From Lama glama (taxonomy: Eukaryota): 64,000 nucleotides of DNA. A program made the position numbers and the translations under genes. The first letter of the stretch is position 1; the number at the start of each line of letters is the position of its first letter. Under the pieces are notes generated by a model. That model saw only the letters and a program-made list of their open reading frames with translations. It did no database searches and was not told the origin of the DNA. Positions 52,018-64,000 of this stretch are shown here, in pieces. The stretch lies in assembly GCA_028534125.1 (NCBI GenBank), contig CM052845.1, positions 24,242,001-24,306,000 on the forward strand, written 5' to 3'.

Positions 52018-52299
52018 CTGTGGGGTCGACGGGCGTGACCACAGGGCTGCAGTAGGCGGGCAGGAGCAGGGGCAGGTTGGAGGGGACGGCGTAGCCACAG
52101 GGCACCGGCACCAAGTAGCCGCTGGGCACATGCAAGCCCGTGGGCTCCTCCTGGGCGTCTGCGTCTGCGGGCAGGGGCGGGTCCTCTTGGAAGGGCGTGA
52201 TGTCGATGACAGAGTAGGGGTTGACCCTCGGTGGGACCACGAGTTTAGGAGGTTCTGCCGGCGCGGCCGCGTCTGCGCCCGGCCTCCCGTTTTCACCTC
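52018..52299 (-). CDS. ARHGEF10: Exon 4 (GGENG...VNPYSVIDITPFQED...VPCGYAVPSNLPLLLPAY...DPT)
   Basis: ccgtcttcag| acceptor, ACAG|gtagtg donor, 282 nt, phase 1-1. Confidence 0.93.
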
Positions 52300-52545
52300 C
52301 TGAAGACGGAAAGGAGCCGTGGTAATCATGCACACACACGGCAGTGCCTGTTCCCTCCAACGTATAAATATGAAGGTAGACGGACAAGACTGAAAATCAT
52401 GGAAAATAGGACCAATAAGAGGATCTCGACCAAACTTAAGCCACTCCAGTTCACACTGCATCATAGAAACAGCACAGACCTCAGGCCCCCGACACTACCT
52501 CCCCCGGGATGTTCCAAGCCACAGGTGGGCAGCCCGAGGACAGAC

Positions 52546-52818
52546 CTGAGCCCGCAGTGGAGACGGTGGCAGCGGTGACAGTGGTGTCAGTGGTGGTGGC
52601 GGCGTCAGTGGCGGTGACGGTGGTGTCAGTGGCGGGGCCGGTGGCGGTGACGGTGTCAGTGGCGGTGGTGGGGGTGGGGGCGGCGGCTCCCGCGTCATCT
52701 GCCTGGGGGGCCCCAGGTGCTTGTCCGTCTGCGTCTGGAACCTCATCCCCATTGTCGAAATCCAGCCGCTCCCCCTCCTCCTCCTCGTTGTTGTTACGGT
52801 CGTACTTCACTTCATTTT
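52546..52818 (-). CDS. ARHGEF10: Exon 3 (ENEVKYDRNNNEEEEGE...TAGS), includes Thr/Ala repeat insertion
   Basis: Acceptor acactttag|AAAATGAA; phase-1 donor TCAG|gtctgt; homologous to human ENEMKYDTNNNEEEEGEQFDFD. The donor position is less certain than the acceptor. Confidence 0.85.
52561..52687. repeat. Imperfect coding tandem repeat, core gcggtgacRgt(ggt)gtcagtgg x3, encoding TATDT(T)VTA-like units
   Basis: Visible directly; translates as PTPTTATDTVTATGPATDTTVTATDAATTTDTTVTAATVST. Confidence 0.85.
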
Positions 52819-54544
52819 CTAAAGTGTAAGGTAACATAAACCAGTGTCACCACCTGTTACTGGTAAAATGACTTTCATATTCCTGGACATACACAGAAGC
52901 GTCGAGGACGGGTGGCCAGGCCCCCAGGCCGGCACCCAGCCTTCCTACTGGGAAATGTGCACAGCATCAGGCCTTGGGGTCAGGACCCACAGCTCACAGT
53001 CTGGAAAGAAAAGGCAGAAAGGCAGAGGGCAAGAGAAAAAAAAAGGCACTTCCCACATCTTAAATGCTTCCACTCTGGACCCAGAATCGCGTTAGGAAAA
53101 ATCGACTCGGAAAACCTTGAACTAAAGCAGCCAGGAGAGCGGCGACGTTTAACTCAGCAGGCCCTGCGCTCAGTGTAAAGACTCCATCCCTTCTAGTCAC
53201 CCAGCCGGCTGCGTGCCATCCCTGCCGTAAGCCCACAGTGTGGGTGCCTTGCGTCCCCGTGGTCATGAGAGCTCTTTCCAGGACTGCTCTTTGGGGGGAG
53301 TTAGAGAGGGGATGCAGTATTTGCTTACAGAAGGGCTTTTATATCACAAATAATAAGATCTCTTGTGCAGACTTTTAAAAGAAAAAGAAAGTCAGTTGAA
53401 TTTAAAGGACCAGAACACTGTACCAGCTGTAATTTCAAATCACTAGTGACTTTAAAATTTTTTTTTCAGGGAAAAAAAATGCATAAGCTGGAATTAAAAT
53501 CTGATATGGCATTAAAACCCTCTATGCCTACCTGAGTTTTGTGTGTATTACACATAAAAACACTAAATAGACTATACTTGCAAATATTTTGTTTTAAAAA
53601 GAAACAGGTGAAGGCAGTGCCGGGAGCACCTGTGTCTCATGTCCTGGGCTCGTGTTTCGCTCCGTCCCCTCCCAGGTGTCTTATAGCCCATTTAGTGCGA
53701 GACACTGTAAAGTGTTTTTTTAAAACAACTTTCATAAATTCACTTCCGGGTGTATTCTAATGCCCGAAGCTGGGCAGTTGTAAGATGTGGTTCCCGAGCA
53801 AGGGGCTGACCAAAGAAAAGCCTGGCTCGTGGCTCTGAGTCAGTGCTCTCAGGAATCTGGCCGTGCCGGGAAAGCTCTGTCACGTTGCTAAGTGAAAACG
53901 TAAGCTTTTTCCCCACCATTTCTGTCAGGGCACTAAATTAGCATTATTCCCCTGTCATATTTATTTGGCAAATGTGAACTTAAGGAGATGGTAACTGCAT
54001 TTAGAAAATGTTCTGGAAATTTTTATTTTTCTGTTAAAGAGATTTATCTCTCAGCTGTGTTCGCCAGCTTTACTCCTGTGAGTAAACTGAGTACTTAATG
54101 ATTCAGCCCCCGCCCCAAAAACCTTCTGAAATATATATTCCTTCCTTGTTGCTTGAAACATAGTTGGAGCTGGTTAGGAAGCACCCAAGTCGACAGGAGA
54201 GGATCCAGCCTCCCCAGTTCCAGCATCCTCCGCCCTGTTGGGATCACTCTGCTGGGTTAGGCTGAAATCGAAGATTACAGAACAAATTTCTCTTCTCACT
54301 TCTAGTAAGTGGCTGAGTTTCATATTGTAATTAGATGTGAATGTCAAAGGGTTAATATGCTCCAAAAAATTAGAGTGTCAGGTAGAAACACGTCCTGCAA
54401 CCTGAAGCAGACAACAATATACTCATTGTGGAAAATCTGTAAAATGTAGAAAAGCACAAAGAAAGTGCCAATCCCTTGCAGTAGGTCCACAGACCGCACT
54501 TGTGTGTGCGTGCGTGTGAAGGGAGCAATGAAATGATCAAAACC

Positions 54545-55205
54545 GAGGTCTTTTTTTAAACTGTGGTAAAATACACATAACTTCAAATCCCCCGTCTCGA
54601 CCATCCTGAAGCAGAGGTCAGTGACACGAACACATTCGCACTGCTGTGCGCCCATCACCATGTCCGTCTCTGGAACCTGCCCAGCCTCCCAGACTGGGAC
54701 TCTGCCCCGTTACATGCTAACTTCCCATCCCCTCGCCCCCCACCCCCCCCACCTACTTTCCGTCTAAGAACTTGACTCCTCCAGGGGCCCGCGTGAGCGG
54801 GATCAGACGGGACTTGTCCTTCATGTGGGTCCCTCTCACTGAGCACGGTGTCCTCGAGGCCACCCCTGTGGTGAGTGTCTCCCTCCTTCTCAAGGCTGCG
54901 TGATGTTCCACTGTGTCCAGACCACAGTTCCTCAAACATCCACTACTGACGGACACCTGGGCTGCTTCCTCCTCGGCTACTGCGAACAACGCTGCTGCGG
55001 ACGCAGGGGCGCGAGTGTCTGTTTGAGGCCCTGCTTTCAAGTCTTCTGGGCGTAATATTCCCAGAAGTGGGGCTGCTGGATCGCATGGTAGTTTTGTTGG
55101 GTTTTTTTTTTTGAGGAACCTCCATGCTGCTCTCCACAGTAGCTGCACCAATTTACATCCCCACCAGCCGTGCACAAGGTTCCAGTTTCTCCACATCCTC
55201 ACCAG
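54545..55205 (-). mobile_element. Decayed LINE-1 3' end (L1MB-like)
   Basis: tgtggtaaaatacacataac...ttgaggaacctccatgctg..ccacagtagctgcaccaatttacatcccacca; minus-strand translation [19 protein letters not shown]. Confidence 0.85.
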
Positions 55206-55509
55206 CGTCTGTTACCTCCCAGCAGACGAGCATGAAGAGACCCCAGTTTTTCAAAAAGACTTACGTTAACTTAGCATGTCAGGAACTTTTTCCCACGTTA
55301 CTGACTGATCTTCAACAAAGTGATTTTAATGGTTTCACAGTATCGCACTGTGTGAGCGTCGTAATCTGAGCAATTTTTCTAGTGTAAGACGTTTCTTCAC
55401 AAATATTCTTACAGTCTACTAACGTAAAGATCTCTGATTATTTCCTTAAGATGAATATTCAGTGACAGAATCCCTGAGACAAAGAGCATACAAAATCGTA
55501 AGGTGTTTG

Positions 55510-55790
55510 GTTTACACTGGCTGTTTACCATCTGAAGGTGACCACCTCCGGGAATACCTCCCAGGCAGAGGGACTCCAGGTGAAGTCATCGTGGACGGAG
55601 CAGGTGGGCCCCAATCCAGCATGACCATGTCCCTGTGAGAAAGGGGGGGGACACGGAGACACACAGGGGTCACAAGTTGACAGGGCAGAGATGACGAGGC
55701 TTCCACACTCAAGCCGGGGAGAGGCAAGGACACAGCCCCCCCGGGCATCTGTAATGACAAATGACACTCCAAATGGAAAGCTTCCGCGCA
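55510..55790 (+). mobile_element. MLT1-type LTR fragment
   Basis: ggtgggccccaatccagcatgaccatgtccctgtgagaaagggg..gacacggagacacacagg...ggcagagatg. Confidence 0.65.
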
Positions 55791-56237
55791 CATGGGACTC
55801 AGCGGTCATCGGCAGGCTGGGCGACTCGGAGGAGGACACCTCTCTGAAACACCTGGCTCCCAATTCCACGCACAGAAGAGATGGAGGTGGCCAAGCACGG
55901 CTGGGGGTTCTGGGGTTCGAGGGGTACCAAACAGACGAGGTGCAGGCCCCCTTGGTCTGGGAGCCAGGCCAGGAGCGTGGTGTGGAGGGACAGACCCCAC
56001 CCAGGATGGGGATCCAGGACACAACGGCCACACGCGGAGCAGCCCAGAGTCAGAGCCGCAAGCACCAACCTCTGTGCCCCGCAAGCCACAGCTGGCATCT
56101 GGGCTGCAAACGCGCCCCCTGCCCAGGCCGGGAGCCCCAGGAGCTCTCACGACCCCTCCTGGAACCACCCTCCTGGGGCAGCACCATCACAGCATGCTCG
56201 CGACTCCCTCCCACCGGCTGGCAGACTCTTTCAGTCC

Positions 56238-56592
56238 CTGTGAGGCTAGACTGTGTCCCCAGATTCATACACTGGACCTCAGAACACGATGTATCTGGAG
56301 GCAGGGCCTTTAAAGAGGTGGTAAAGGTGAAATGAGGCTCTTAGGGTGGGTCCTGATCCCATAGGACTGGGGTCCTTACAAGAAGAGGAGGTGAGGATGC
56401 GGACATGCCCAGGGGGACGACCACGTGAGGACATGGGACAAGACGGCCATCTACCACCGAGGAGAGAGGTCTCAGGAACCAGCCTGCGACAGCGTCATCT
56501 CGGTCGTCCAGCCTCCGGGACTGGGAGGGACCAGACATCTGTGGTTTAAGCCCCCTGGCCGCGGTGTTTCTTACGGCCTCCACAGCAGACTG
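56238..56592 (+). mobile_element. MLT1-type (MaLR) solo LTR
   Basis: tgtgaggctagactgtgtcccc...ggcctttaaagaggtggtaaaggtgaaatgagg...agggtgggtcctgatcc..taggactggggtccttacaagaagagg...tgtggtttaagcc. Confidence 0.8.
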
Positions 56593-59500
56593 TCCTCTTG
56601 ACGGGCCCCCTTCACTCTGCCCACCCCCTGTAAAGTCAGTTCCAGTCCTGACCCTCTCCCAGGGGCCAGGCATGCCCACGCCCGTCCTCATCCACGTGAG
56701 GCCCAAACAAAGTCTAAACCCAGGCCCCCCAGAGCTGTAGACACACACCTAGCAACTAGAGGAGCCCTGATGCAGCTCACCCCAAACCGAGCCGGTCCTC
56801 CCCCGCCCCCGCCCCCTCCCTCCCTGTCCCCATCCCCATCTACCCTCCCAGACGACAGGCAGTGAGCACAGCCTGGCTCTGGTCCTCCGTCCTCCGGGGG
56901 AGCACGCCGGCTGCAGGGCTCAAGACAGAGGGTGAAGCGGATGAGGGGAGGTTGCCCCATCAGGTCATCCCTCCTCTGGGCACAGAGAGCACCCCAGGAC
57001 GGCTACAGACCCATCAACAGCCTTTACAGACGTGTCACAAAATAACACATTAAAGAAATGAAAGAAGAGTCAAGAAGAGTCGCTCTCAAGTTTGGAGATA
57101 AAAGCAGCGCGCACTGTGGGGGGCTCGTGAGACCACAGCGGATCAGGGCGTGAACGCTTCATCCGCGCTATGCTTCTCTGTTTCAAGTGGAGGCTCCTTG
57201 CTTTGCAATTCCCTTTACTGTTACGAAAAGGAAGCACTGCAAGGAGCCGCAGGCCGCGAACAGCCCCACCAACAAGGTTCCATTCACGGCCGGCTCGGCC
57301 CACGCGTCACCGCGGCTGCAGCTGGAACGGCAGGGTCCCCAGCGACACCGCCCTCACGGGCCTGCCCCCCTCGCACCGCCCGCTGCTCTGCTTCCGCCTG
57401 AGCCCGCGGCAAGCCACCAGGCTCCGGCACGACTCGCCGTCCAGTTCTGCCGTCAGTCACGGGGAGGCTTAGCTGGTGGCGACGTTAAAACCTCAACCTG
57501 CGGCCTGTGCATCCTGAGAGACCCGGGAGCACCTTCCCACCCGACGTCCACATCCCAGAGCCCCTCCTACGCCAAGGCGCTGAGGGCCTCCGCTGGCCAC
57601 GCCTCTGCGCGCCTGCCCGACGTGACCCCTCCAGTCACCACCCGAAGCGCGGGGACAGGGCTGCACCTGCTCCGCTGTCCCCAGGGGTGGGGCTGACGCT
57701 GGAGAGACACATGCCTGCGCCCATCACCAGCTCCTGCACCGCGTGTGCGGAGCCCTCAAAGCCCGCAGGGTCCTCTGCCGCACAACCTGCGCCCAGATCC
57801 CGCTCTACCCTGACGGTTTGACTTGTCACCAGGAAGCTCCTAGAACAGGCACAGGTGACAGATGGACACGGGACAGCCCACCCACACCTGTAACAACACT
57901 GCGGACAGAACACTATGCAGCCATCAGAAATGACAGCCGGGAAAACTCCCAGGGACGTGGAAAATACGCGACATGGAGACGCACAGTCAACAATGTGAAA
58001 ACGAACATCAAACGGTGGCGATCACACAGAGTAGAAACTCGAGGAAAACCCAGAGAACCGATCAAAATGTAAGTGCCAAGATGTCCCAGTGGCGCTGGGA
58101 GGAGCGACCTCGGTGACTTCCAGCCCCTTCGCCACGGCGTTTGTAAGAGGACAGTTTCAGTTTAATAATGAGGGAAATTATAATTAAAGCACCTCTGAAT
58201 CATCAAAAAACGCGCCAGGCCGTGACCCTGCCACTAAGGGCACAAGCGTTAATTACCCAGAAAACCACGCAAGCATCCGAGTGCCATCGCACGTGAGACG
58301 TGGCACTGACACGTTTGCCTTGTGGCCGGACTCTGCACCAAAGTCAGAAGCTGTGCGCTGGGCTCTCAGCCAGGAGACGGCCACCGGCCCGGGGAGCCGG
58401 AGACAGCCCTGCACCTGCACCCTCGGCTCCCCCACACCTGCAGGGTCCTCCCAGGCCCCCGGGGGAAGCGTTCCCGGCGGACCATGAACAGTGGTCCAGG
58501 AAGAAGGTCCCACCTCCTCCAGCCCTGAGTCAGATCCCAGCGAAGAGGGGCCCTGTCTGGGGACAGGGTCGGGGTGTCACCTGTGGAGGGCCTGGCAGGA
58601 CTGGCTGCACCCCAGAAGTGAGCGGCAGGCCCTGCTGGTCAGACTCGCTCATGAATCTGGGTCTGAGGAGCACTTGGTGTGCGAGCAGGACAGGGTGGGG
58701 GTCGGCAAGCAGCCTGCAGGGCGGAGAGGACGGAGCCCACTTGCGGGAAACGCGATGAACTCTGCCCGGACCCTCGACGCGCCTCCAGTCCCCTCTGTGG
58801 GGCCCCTCGTTCACCTGTTCTTTTCTGTCTCTACTGAGGTGTGAGTGACACACAGAAACTGTGTAAATGTCAGGTGCATGGCCGGGTGCTCTGTGAAGCC
58901 ACCATCACCACAAGCAGCCGGATGGCCTCCACCCCGGTAGGCGCCCCGGCCCCTGGCACATGGTCTCATCGCTGCAGCTGATCGGGGACGCGGCCTCCCG
59001 AGCCTGGCACAGGCCTGGCCCCGTCTCCCCTGACAGGTGTCCGGCCGTGAACCCCGTGCCCGCCGGCCTACCCGCCAGGGCTCGGTGCTGCTGGGCCGCG
59101 CCCTCTCCTCGCCGAGACTGAGCACAGAGGTGCCTCTGGGAGCGCAGGCCGGGTGGACAGGCATCTCTGCAGAACCAGGGGCGTGACTGGAAGGCCGAGT
59201 GGACACTGGCCAGCTCGTACCTGGACATGTGCAACAAGGGAAGGGCAGGAGTGGCCCCTGTGGACGGCAGACACCTGCCACCAGATCTGAGCCGCTTGGA
59301 CGTCATCCGGTCCTGGACACAACTCCCCCAGCAGCTGTGACGCCCCCAGCACCTCAGGGCCCCGCAGCCCCCCGCCCCATCCTGCCCAGGGCCGAGGGGA
59401 GGGGAGGGAAACACCCGAGCTCACAGCTGCTGCCCCTGAGAGACGGGAAAGCGACAGCGGCCCGTTCGAGTGAAATGCCAGGAAGGAAGAGGCGGAGGGC

Positions 59501-59941
59501 GGCCGCGGGGGAGTCCGCTCCCAGGCCCAGTGCCCTCGGCCTCCCCCGCGCTCTGCAAGCGCACAGCCTGTCCCAGGAGGCGGGTCCAGCAGGCAGACAG
59601 CGGCTGAGGGGACGCAGGCCCGTCCCCCAGCGGCCACAGGAGGACACACGCTTCAGGCACTGTCCAGGCATCGCCGCTCTGATGGGGATGAAAACCGGTG
59701 CTTGTCCGTCTGCCTCATTTGCAGTCAAAACAATCACAGCGGGATCTAGCCTGAGACCCCAGAGCCAGCCACTCACACTGGATGAAGCTGCCGTGAGAGC
59801 AGGCTGGAGTGCCCGGAAACCGGGAAACCCTGCTGGAGGGGGAGGCCAGTGGGCTGTGTGTGCGGCTTCCCCCTAGTATCTCCGGTGATGACTCTGCTCT
59901 AGGGAGGGGACAACAGGACACTCCAATGTGCACCCCCCTTT

Positions 59942-60087
59942 NNNNNNNNNNNNNNNNNNNNNNNNNNNNNNNNNNNNNNNNNNNNNNNNNNNNNNNNNNN
60001 NNNNNNNNNNNNNNNNNNNNNNNNNNNNNNNNNNNNNNNNNNNNNNNNNNNNNNNNNNNNNNNNNNNNNNNNNNNNNNNNNNNNNNN
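59942..60087. other. Assembly gap (Ns)
   Basis: Run of N. Confidence 1.
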
Positions 60088-60475
60088 GGACCTGCGAGCA
60101 GCTCAGCCAGCAGGTGCCCGGTCGGCCACAGGCACACGTGTTTGGCGAGCTGCGTCCGGCCTCAATCTAGTCTCTGAACCAGGAAGTCGTCCACCCTTCC
60201 CCCAACCCAGATGGGCTTCTGATGTTGAGGTAAACATACGGGACTCTAGATACTGGCCTGTGCACTGCAGGGAGGAGGGGACTCAGCCAGGATGCCCCCA
60301 AAGTGAGGGGCACAGGCTGAGAGCACAGGGCACCAGGGCTCCCCCTCAGCGTCTGCCCAGATCCCCCATCCCCAGGAGTGCCCACCCCATGCCCCAACCC
60401 AGCCGCAGCAACTCAGTGATTCCCAGAGCCTGGGGTCCCAGGAAAGAGCCCCCATCCGCCGTGACCCGCCGTTAC

Positions 60476-60512
60476 CTTCTGCCGTGGGAGTGGGCGGTCC
60501 TGGCTGGTCCAT
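60476..60512 (-). CDS. ARHGEF10: Exon 2 coding part, MDQPGPPTPTAE (whole exon ~60476-60558, including 46 nt of 5' leader)
   Basis: Strong Kozak GGCGAC-ATG-G; 37 coding nt ending in phase 1 at GAAG|gtaacg; acceptor ctcatcctcacag|. Same MDQ start and 37-nt length as recalled for human. Confidence 0.85.
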
Positions 60513-62220
60513 GTCGCCGCCGTCCACCTGGCTCCTGGGCCTCAGAGGAGCCAGGACCCTGTGAGGATGAGACACGCCATCAGGGGTGAGTGGGGGGACG
60601 CCCACCGACCACCTGAGGAAAGAGGCTGGACTTCATTCACAGCTGCAATTGAAGAACTGCCACCTAATAGTGGAAAGGCTGTAAACCTTAAAATAAGGCT
60701 CAGGGCAGAGCGCGGCACAGAGCTCCCAGAGCAAGACGCCACCCAGACCCGCGCCAGGAGTTAACTCATGCACCTGGGGTTCACTGGCCAGACCCCTCCA
60801 GCCCCGACGCCCTCAACTCTCCGCTTCCTCTCGCACGTGCTCGGAGCGGCGAACGAAGACGGAAGCCCAGCATTTCTTCTTCCTTCAGCTTAATCTTCAT
60901 CAGCTTTGAGTGAAGAACGAATTTCTGAGGATTACGGATGTGCTGTTTTCTTAAGCCCTCGGGCCTGGGCCAGACCTCTGCAGGCCCGCCTTGATTCCTC
61001 TCTCCTCTGCCCTCCTGTTTCCTTAACGTGATCAGAAAACCCGGGTCTGAGAGCGAGTGAGACACTAGCTAAGTCGTGAGAAGGCAGGTTCCCCGGCTCC
61101 GTGGAAAATGTCCCGTGGACCAAGTGCCCTGTTCAGGAGTGTTTGCACCAGAAAAGGGGCGGGAAGCAAACTTTGCTGAGAAAGGCGAGCTCTGCAGAAG
61201 CACCGTCCACATCAAAGAACCAGAACTCACCCTCAGAGCCCAGGGGCCAGGACAGCTACCCGGACGGCTACCCAGACTGCTGCACGGCCGTCCTGGTGGT
61301 CCCCCCTGTGCAGGACGACGGGCACGCCCCTCGTGCCCACGTGGCACAGTCAGGACTGGAACCCAGGCCTGGGCACCTCGGTCTGTGTGCGCGACCCCGT
61401 AAGAGTTTCAAGCAGACCACAAGGCTCAGGGACACTTTCCATCCCACATCCGCATCCCCAGGACACTGCCTTCCTGAGACCGGAGCTTCCCAGGAAGGTG
61501 ACACACGTGACCTGCCTCCGGGTCTCAGGCCTGGACGTCAGGGTCCCGTGGTCTGCTCCTGGCACACGCTGCCCAGCACTGCGTCAGGTGCCACTTCCGC
61601 GTCAGGACCTCCCAGCAGAGCCAGAGAGCCTGCCCCCCGACACCCAGTCTGTCCAGGCCTCCCTGTCACTTCCCACATCACACGTGCCCCATCCAAGGGC
61701 AGGCACAGAGCACACCAGCAAAGGGCGGTTCTGGCCCAGACCAAGGACACCGAGCAGAGTCCTCACCCCAAGTAACCAGAGGAGAGAGGCAGTGAGGAGG
61801 GGAGAAAGCAGGAGACACCCCTCCACCGGGGCCCCAGACGCCCAGCAACTTCTCGCATAAAGCAAGTTCCAACTTCCAAAACTCATCCTCATGCATGAGG
61901 ACAACCAGCCTCAGGAGTGGAAGCAACTTGGGAGAACCCCTGGGGCTGAAGTCCATCCCTGGGCGTTCCTCGCAGGGCCATTCGCTGCACCCCTGGTGCA
62001 AAGTCAAGGGTGCCCCACAATGAGGCCCCGCCCAGGGGCTCAGTCCCAGCAGGAGTTCCCTTCATTTATGGGAAACGAGCTGAATGTTCCACAGAGAACG
62101 AAGAGTGCCATGCGATGCTTAATTACACCAGTCGCTGCAGACGAAGCCACTGTCCCCCGGAAGTTCAGTGGAGCTTTTCATCACATGTCCAGACAGCACC
62201 CGCAATCACCTCTCCCTCAC

Positions 62221-62298
62221 GGCCGTCCCTGCTGCAGGGCAGTGAGGCACCCTGAGGACGGCCGTCCCTGCTGCGGGGGGGTGAGACACCCCGAGGAC
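62221..62298. repeat. 39-bp tandem duplication (ggccgtccctgctgc...gtgagRcaccc.gaggac x2)
   Basis: Two adjacent near-identical 39-nt units. Confidence 0.85.
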
Positions 62299-62669
62299 AG
62301 GAGGAAGGAGGACCAAGCCGGAGCACAGCCCCAGCGCAGGAGCAGAGAGCGCCTTCCTGCGGAAGATGGAGGGAAGGGCAGGGAGAGGCGGCCAGCCTGC
62401 TATGGGGGCCTGTCCAGGCTCAGAGAGCATCCACAGAAGGTGTCTGATCAGGGGACTGCTGTGGCCACAGTCGCCTTTTTGAAAGGTCATAGTGGCATCA
62501 GGTGGACAGGGCATCGGGGAGGAGGGCCAGGTAGAGGGAGGCTGCCCCAGGATGATACTGGGCAGGAGCCGAGGCTCGTGGCCCCGATGACGGTGGAAAC
62601 AGGGAGGGGGCGGCACAAGAGACGCATGGAGAGTGCGGCGGCAGCAGCCACGCGGCAGGGATGGGCGCC

Positions 62670-62885
62670 TTCCACGAATTTCCCCGTCTTCTGTCTATGC
62701 TTGACTTGTGGTTTCACCCCATGTGGGAGGCAAACGTGCTTGATACAACTTCAACCTTCTTAAATTTATCAAGACTTGTTTTGTCACCAAACTTGTGATC
62801 TATCTTGGACAATGCTCCCCGTGTACTTTACAAGAAAGTCCACTCTGCTACTTTTGGATGGAATGTTCCGCACGTATCCACTAAA
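62670..62885 (-). mobile_element. LINE-1 ORF2 endonuclease-region fragment, antisense
   Basis: tgcttgatacaacttcaaccttcttaaattt...tttggatggaatgttc matches antisense L1 EN sequence. Confidence 0.65.
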
Positions 62886-62919
62886 GCTCAGTAAAGCTGC
62901 AGAATACAAAGATGCCAGA

Positions 62920-63070
62920 NNNNNNNNNNNNNNNNNNNNNNNNNNNNNNNNNNNNNNNNNNNNNNNNNNNNNNNNNNNNNNNNNNNNNNNNNNNNNNNNN
63001 NNNNNNNNNNNNNNNNNNNNNNNNNNNNNNNNNNNNNNNNNNNNNNNNNNNNNNNNNNNNNNNNNNNNNN
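62920..63070. other. Assembly gap (Ns)
   Basis: Run of N. Confidence 1.
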
Positions 63071-64000
63071 GGTGTGGTACACCACATTAAAACAACGAAG
63101 GTAAAAGTCGTAGGACCGCTTCAACAGACTCAGGAAAAGCATCTGATAAAAACTCTCAATACAGTGAGTACAGAGGGACTGTACCTCACATAAAAGCCAC
63201 CTAGACAAACCCACAGACAACACCGTCCTCAAGAAGGGGAAGCTGAAAGCCTTTCCTCTAAGATCAGGAACAAGACAAGGATGCCCACTCTCACTACTTT
63301 CATTCAAAATAGTATTGGAAGTGCTATCCAGAGCAATCAGACAAGAAGAAGAAATAAAAAGCATCCAAACCAAAAGGAAGAAGTAACATTGTCACTCTTT
63401 GCAGATGACACAATATTACATACAGGAAACCCTAAAGATTCCACCAAAAAATTGTTAGAATGAACAATGTCAGTAACATTGCAAGATACAAAATCAATAT
63501 ACAAAAACCTTCTGCATTTCTATACGCTAATAATGAACGATCAGAAAGAGAAATTAAGAAACTAACCGCATTTACAACTGCATCACAAAGAAAAAATCTG
63601 GGAAAAATTTTAATAAGGAGATAAAAGACCTATACGCTGAAAACTACAAGACATTAATGAAAGAAAATGGAGACACACGTAAATGGAAAGATTTTCTGTG
63701 CTCACGGATTTGAAGAATTAATACTGTTAAAATGCCTATGCTACCCAAAGCAGTACAAAAATTCAGTGCAATACCTATCAAAATTTCAATGGCTTTTTTT
63801 ACCAAAATACAACAAACAACCCTAAAATGTGTATAGAAACACGAAAGACCCCTAATAGTCAAAGTAATCCTGAGAAAGAACAAAGCCGCAGGCATCACAC
63901 TTCCTGGTCTCAGACTGTGTTACAAAGCCACGGTAATCAGAACAGTGTGGCACTGGCACAAACAGACACACAGACCAACGGAACAGGACAGAGAAACCAG
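63071..64000 (+). mobile_element. LINE-1 ORF2 reverse-transcriptase region, disrupted; runs off the window end
   Basis: ggaacaagacaaggatgcccactc = GTRQGCPL; ctctttgcagatgac = LFADD; frameshifts and stops present. Confidence 0.93.

Larger units (their letters stand above)
84..60558 (-). other. ARHGEF10: ARHGEF10 gene body (exons 2-29): N-terminal acidic/regulatory region, DH domain, PH-like domain, C-terminal WD40-like beta-propeller; predicted 1383 aa
   Basis: 28 exons with GT-AG boundaries and compatible phases sum to 4152 nt. Translation matches recalled human ARHGEF10 throughout ([49 protein letters not shown]). Confidence 0.97.

Noticed and set aside
52497-52500. Alternative exon 3 donor GAG|gtagtg
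   Set aside because: Phase 0, incompatible with the phase-1 start of exon 4.
52819-52840. U12-type branch site (ttaccttacac) before exon 3
   Set aside because: The matching donor is gtaacg (U2-type), not GTATCCT; no U12 intron found among the 27 traced.
1-64000. Hundreds of 60-290 aa ORFs (e.g. 2775-3623 +, 17828-18700 +, 61891-62763 +, 59199-59876 +) as independent genes
   Set aside because: Pro/Arg/Gly/Ala-rich, present in all frames, no recognisable domains. Expected from stop-codon scarcity in GC-rich DNA or antisense to GC3-rich exons.
1-64000. CRISPR array, operon or other prokaryotic defence system
   Set aside because: Sequence is a spliced mammalian gene; no regularly spaced repeat-spacer structure seen.
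63071-64000. Active LINE-1 reverse transcriptase
   Set aside because: Frameshifts and stops break ORF2.

Overview
Mammalian genomic DNA, very GC/CpG-rich, with two assembly gaps. A Vic-1-like tRNA-derived SINE at ~25848-25976 points to a camelid (alpaca/camel). The window holds the complete coding sequence of ARHGEF10 (Rho guanine nucleotide exchange factor 10) on the minus strand. I traced 28 coding exons by hand, from the ATG at 60512 to the TGA at 84-86. All introns are GT-AG and all phases join, giving 4152 nt (1383 aa + stop). Exon numbering follows human from recall; the non-coding exon 1 and promoter probably lie beyond 64000. Introns contain decayed L1, MLT1 (MaLR), MIR and L2 fragments. 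Nearly all long ORFs in the supplied track are GC-content artefacts. I found no prokaryotic-type system (CRISPR, operon, etc.) and no clearly novel biological system. The best leads are: a lineage-specific Thr/Ala-rich coding tandem repeat adding ~39 aa to exon 3; a candidate poison or alternative-start exon just before the DH domain; a weak exon 10 donor with an in-frame alternative; a SINE-derived cryptic acceptor before exon 17; and sharp fine-scale GC3 mosaicism with GC-biased decay of repeats.
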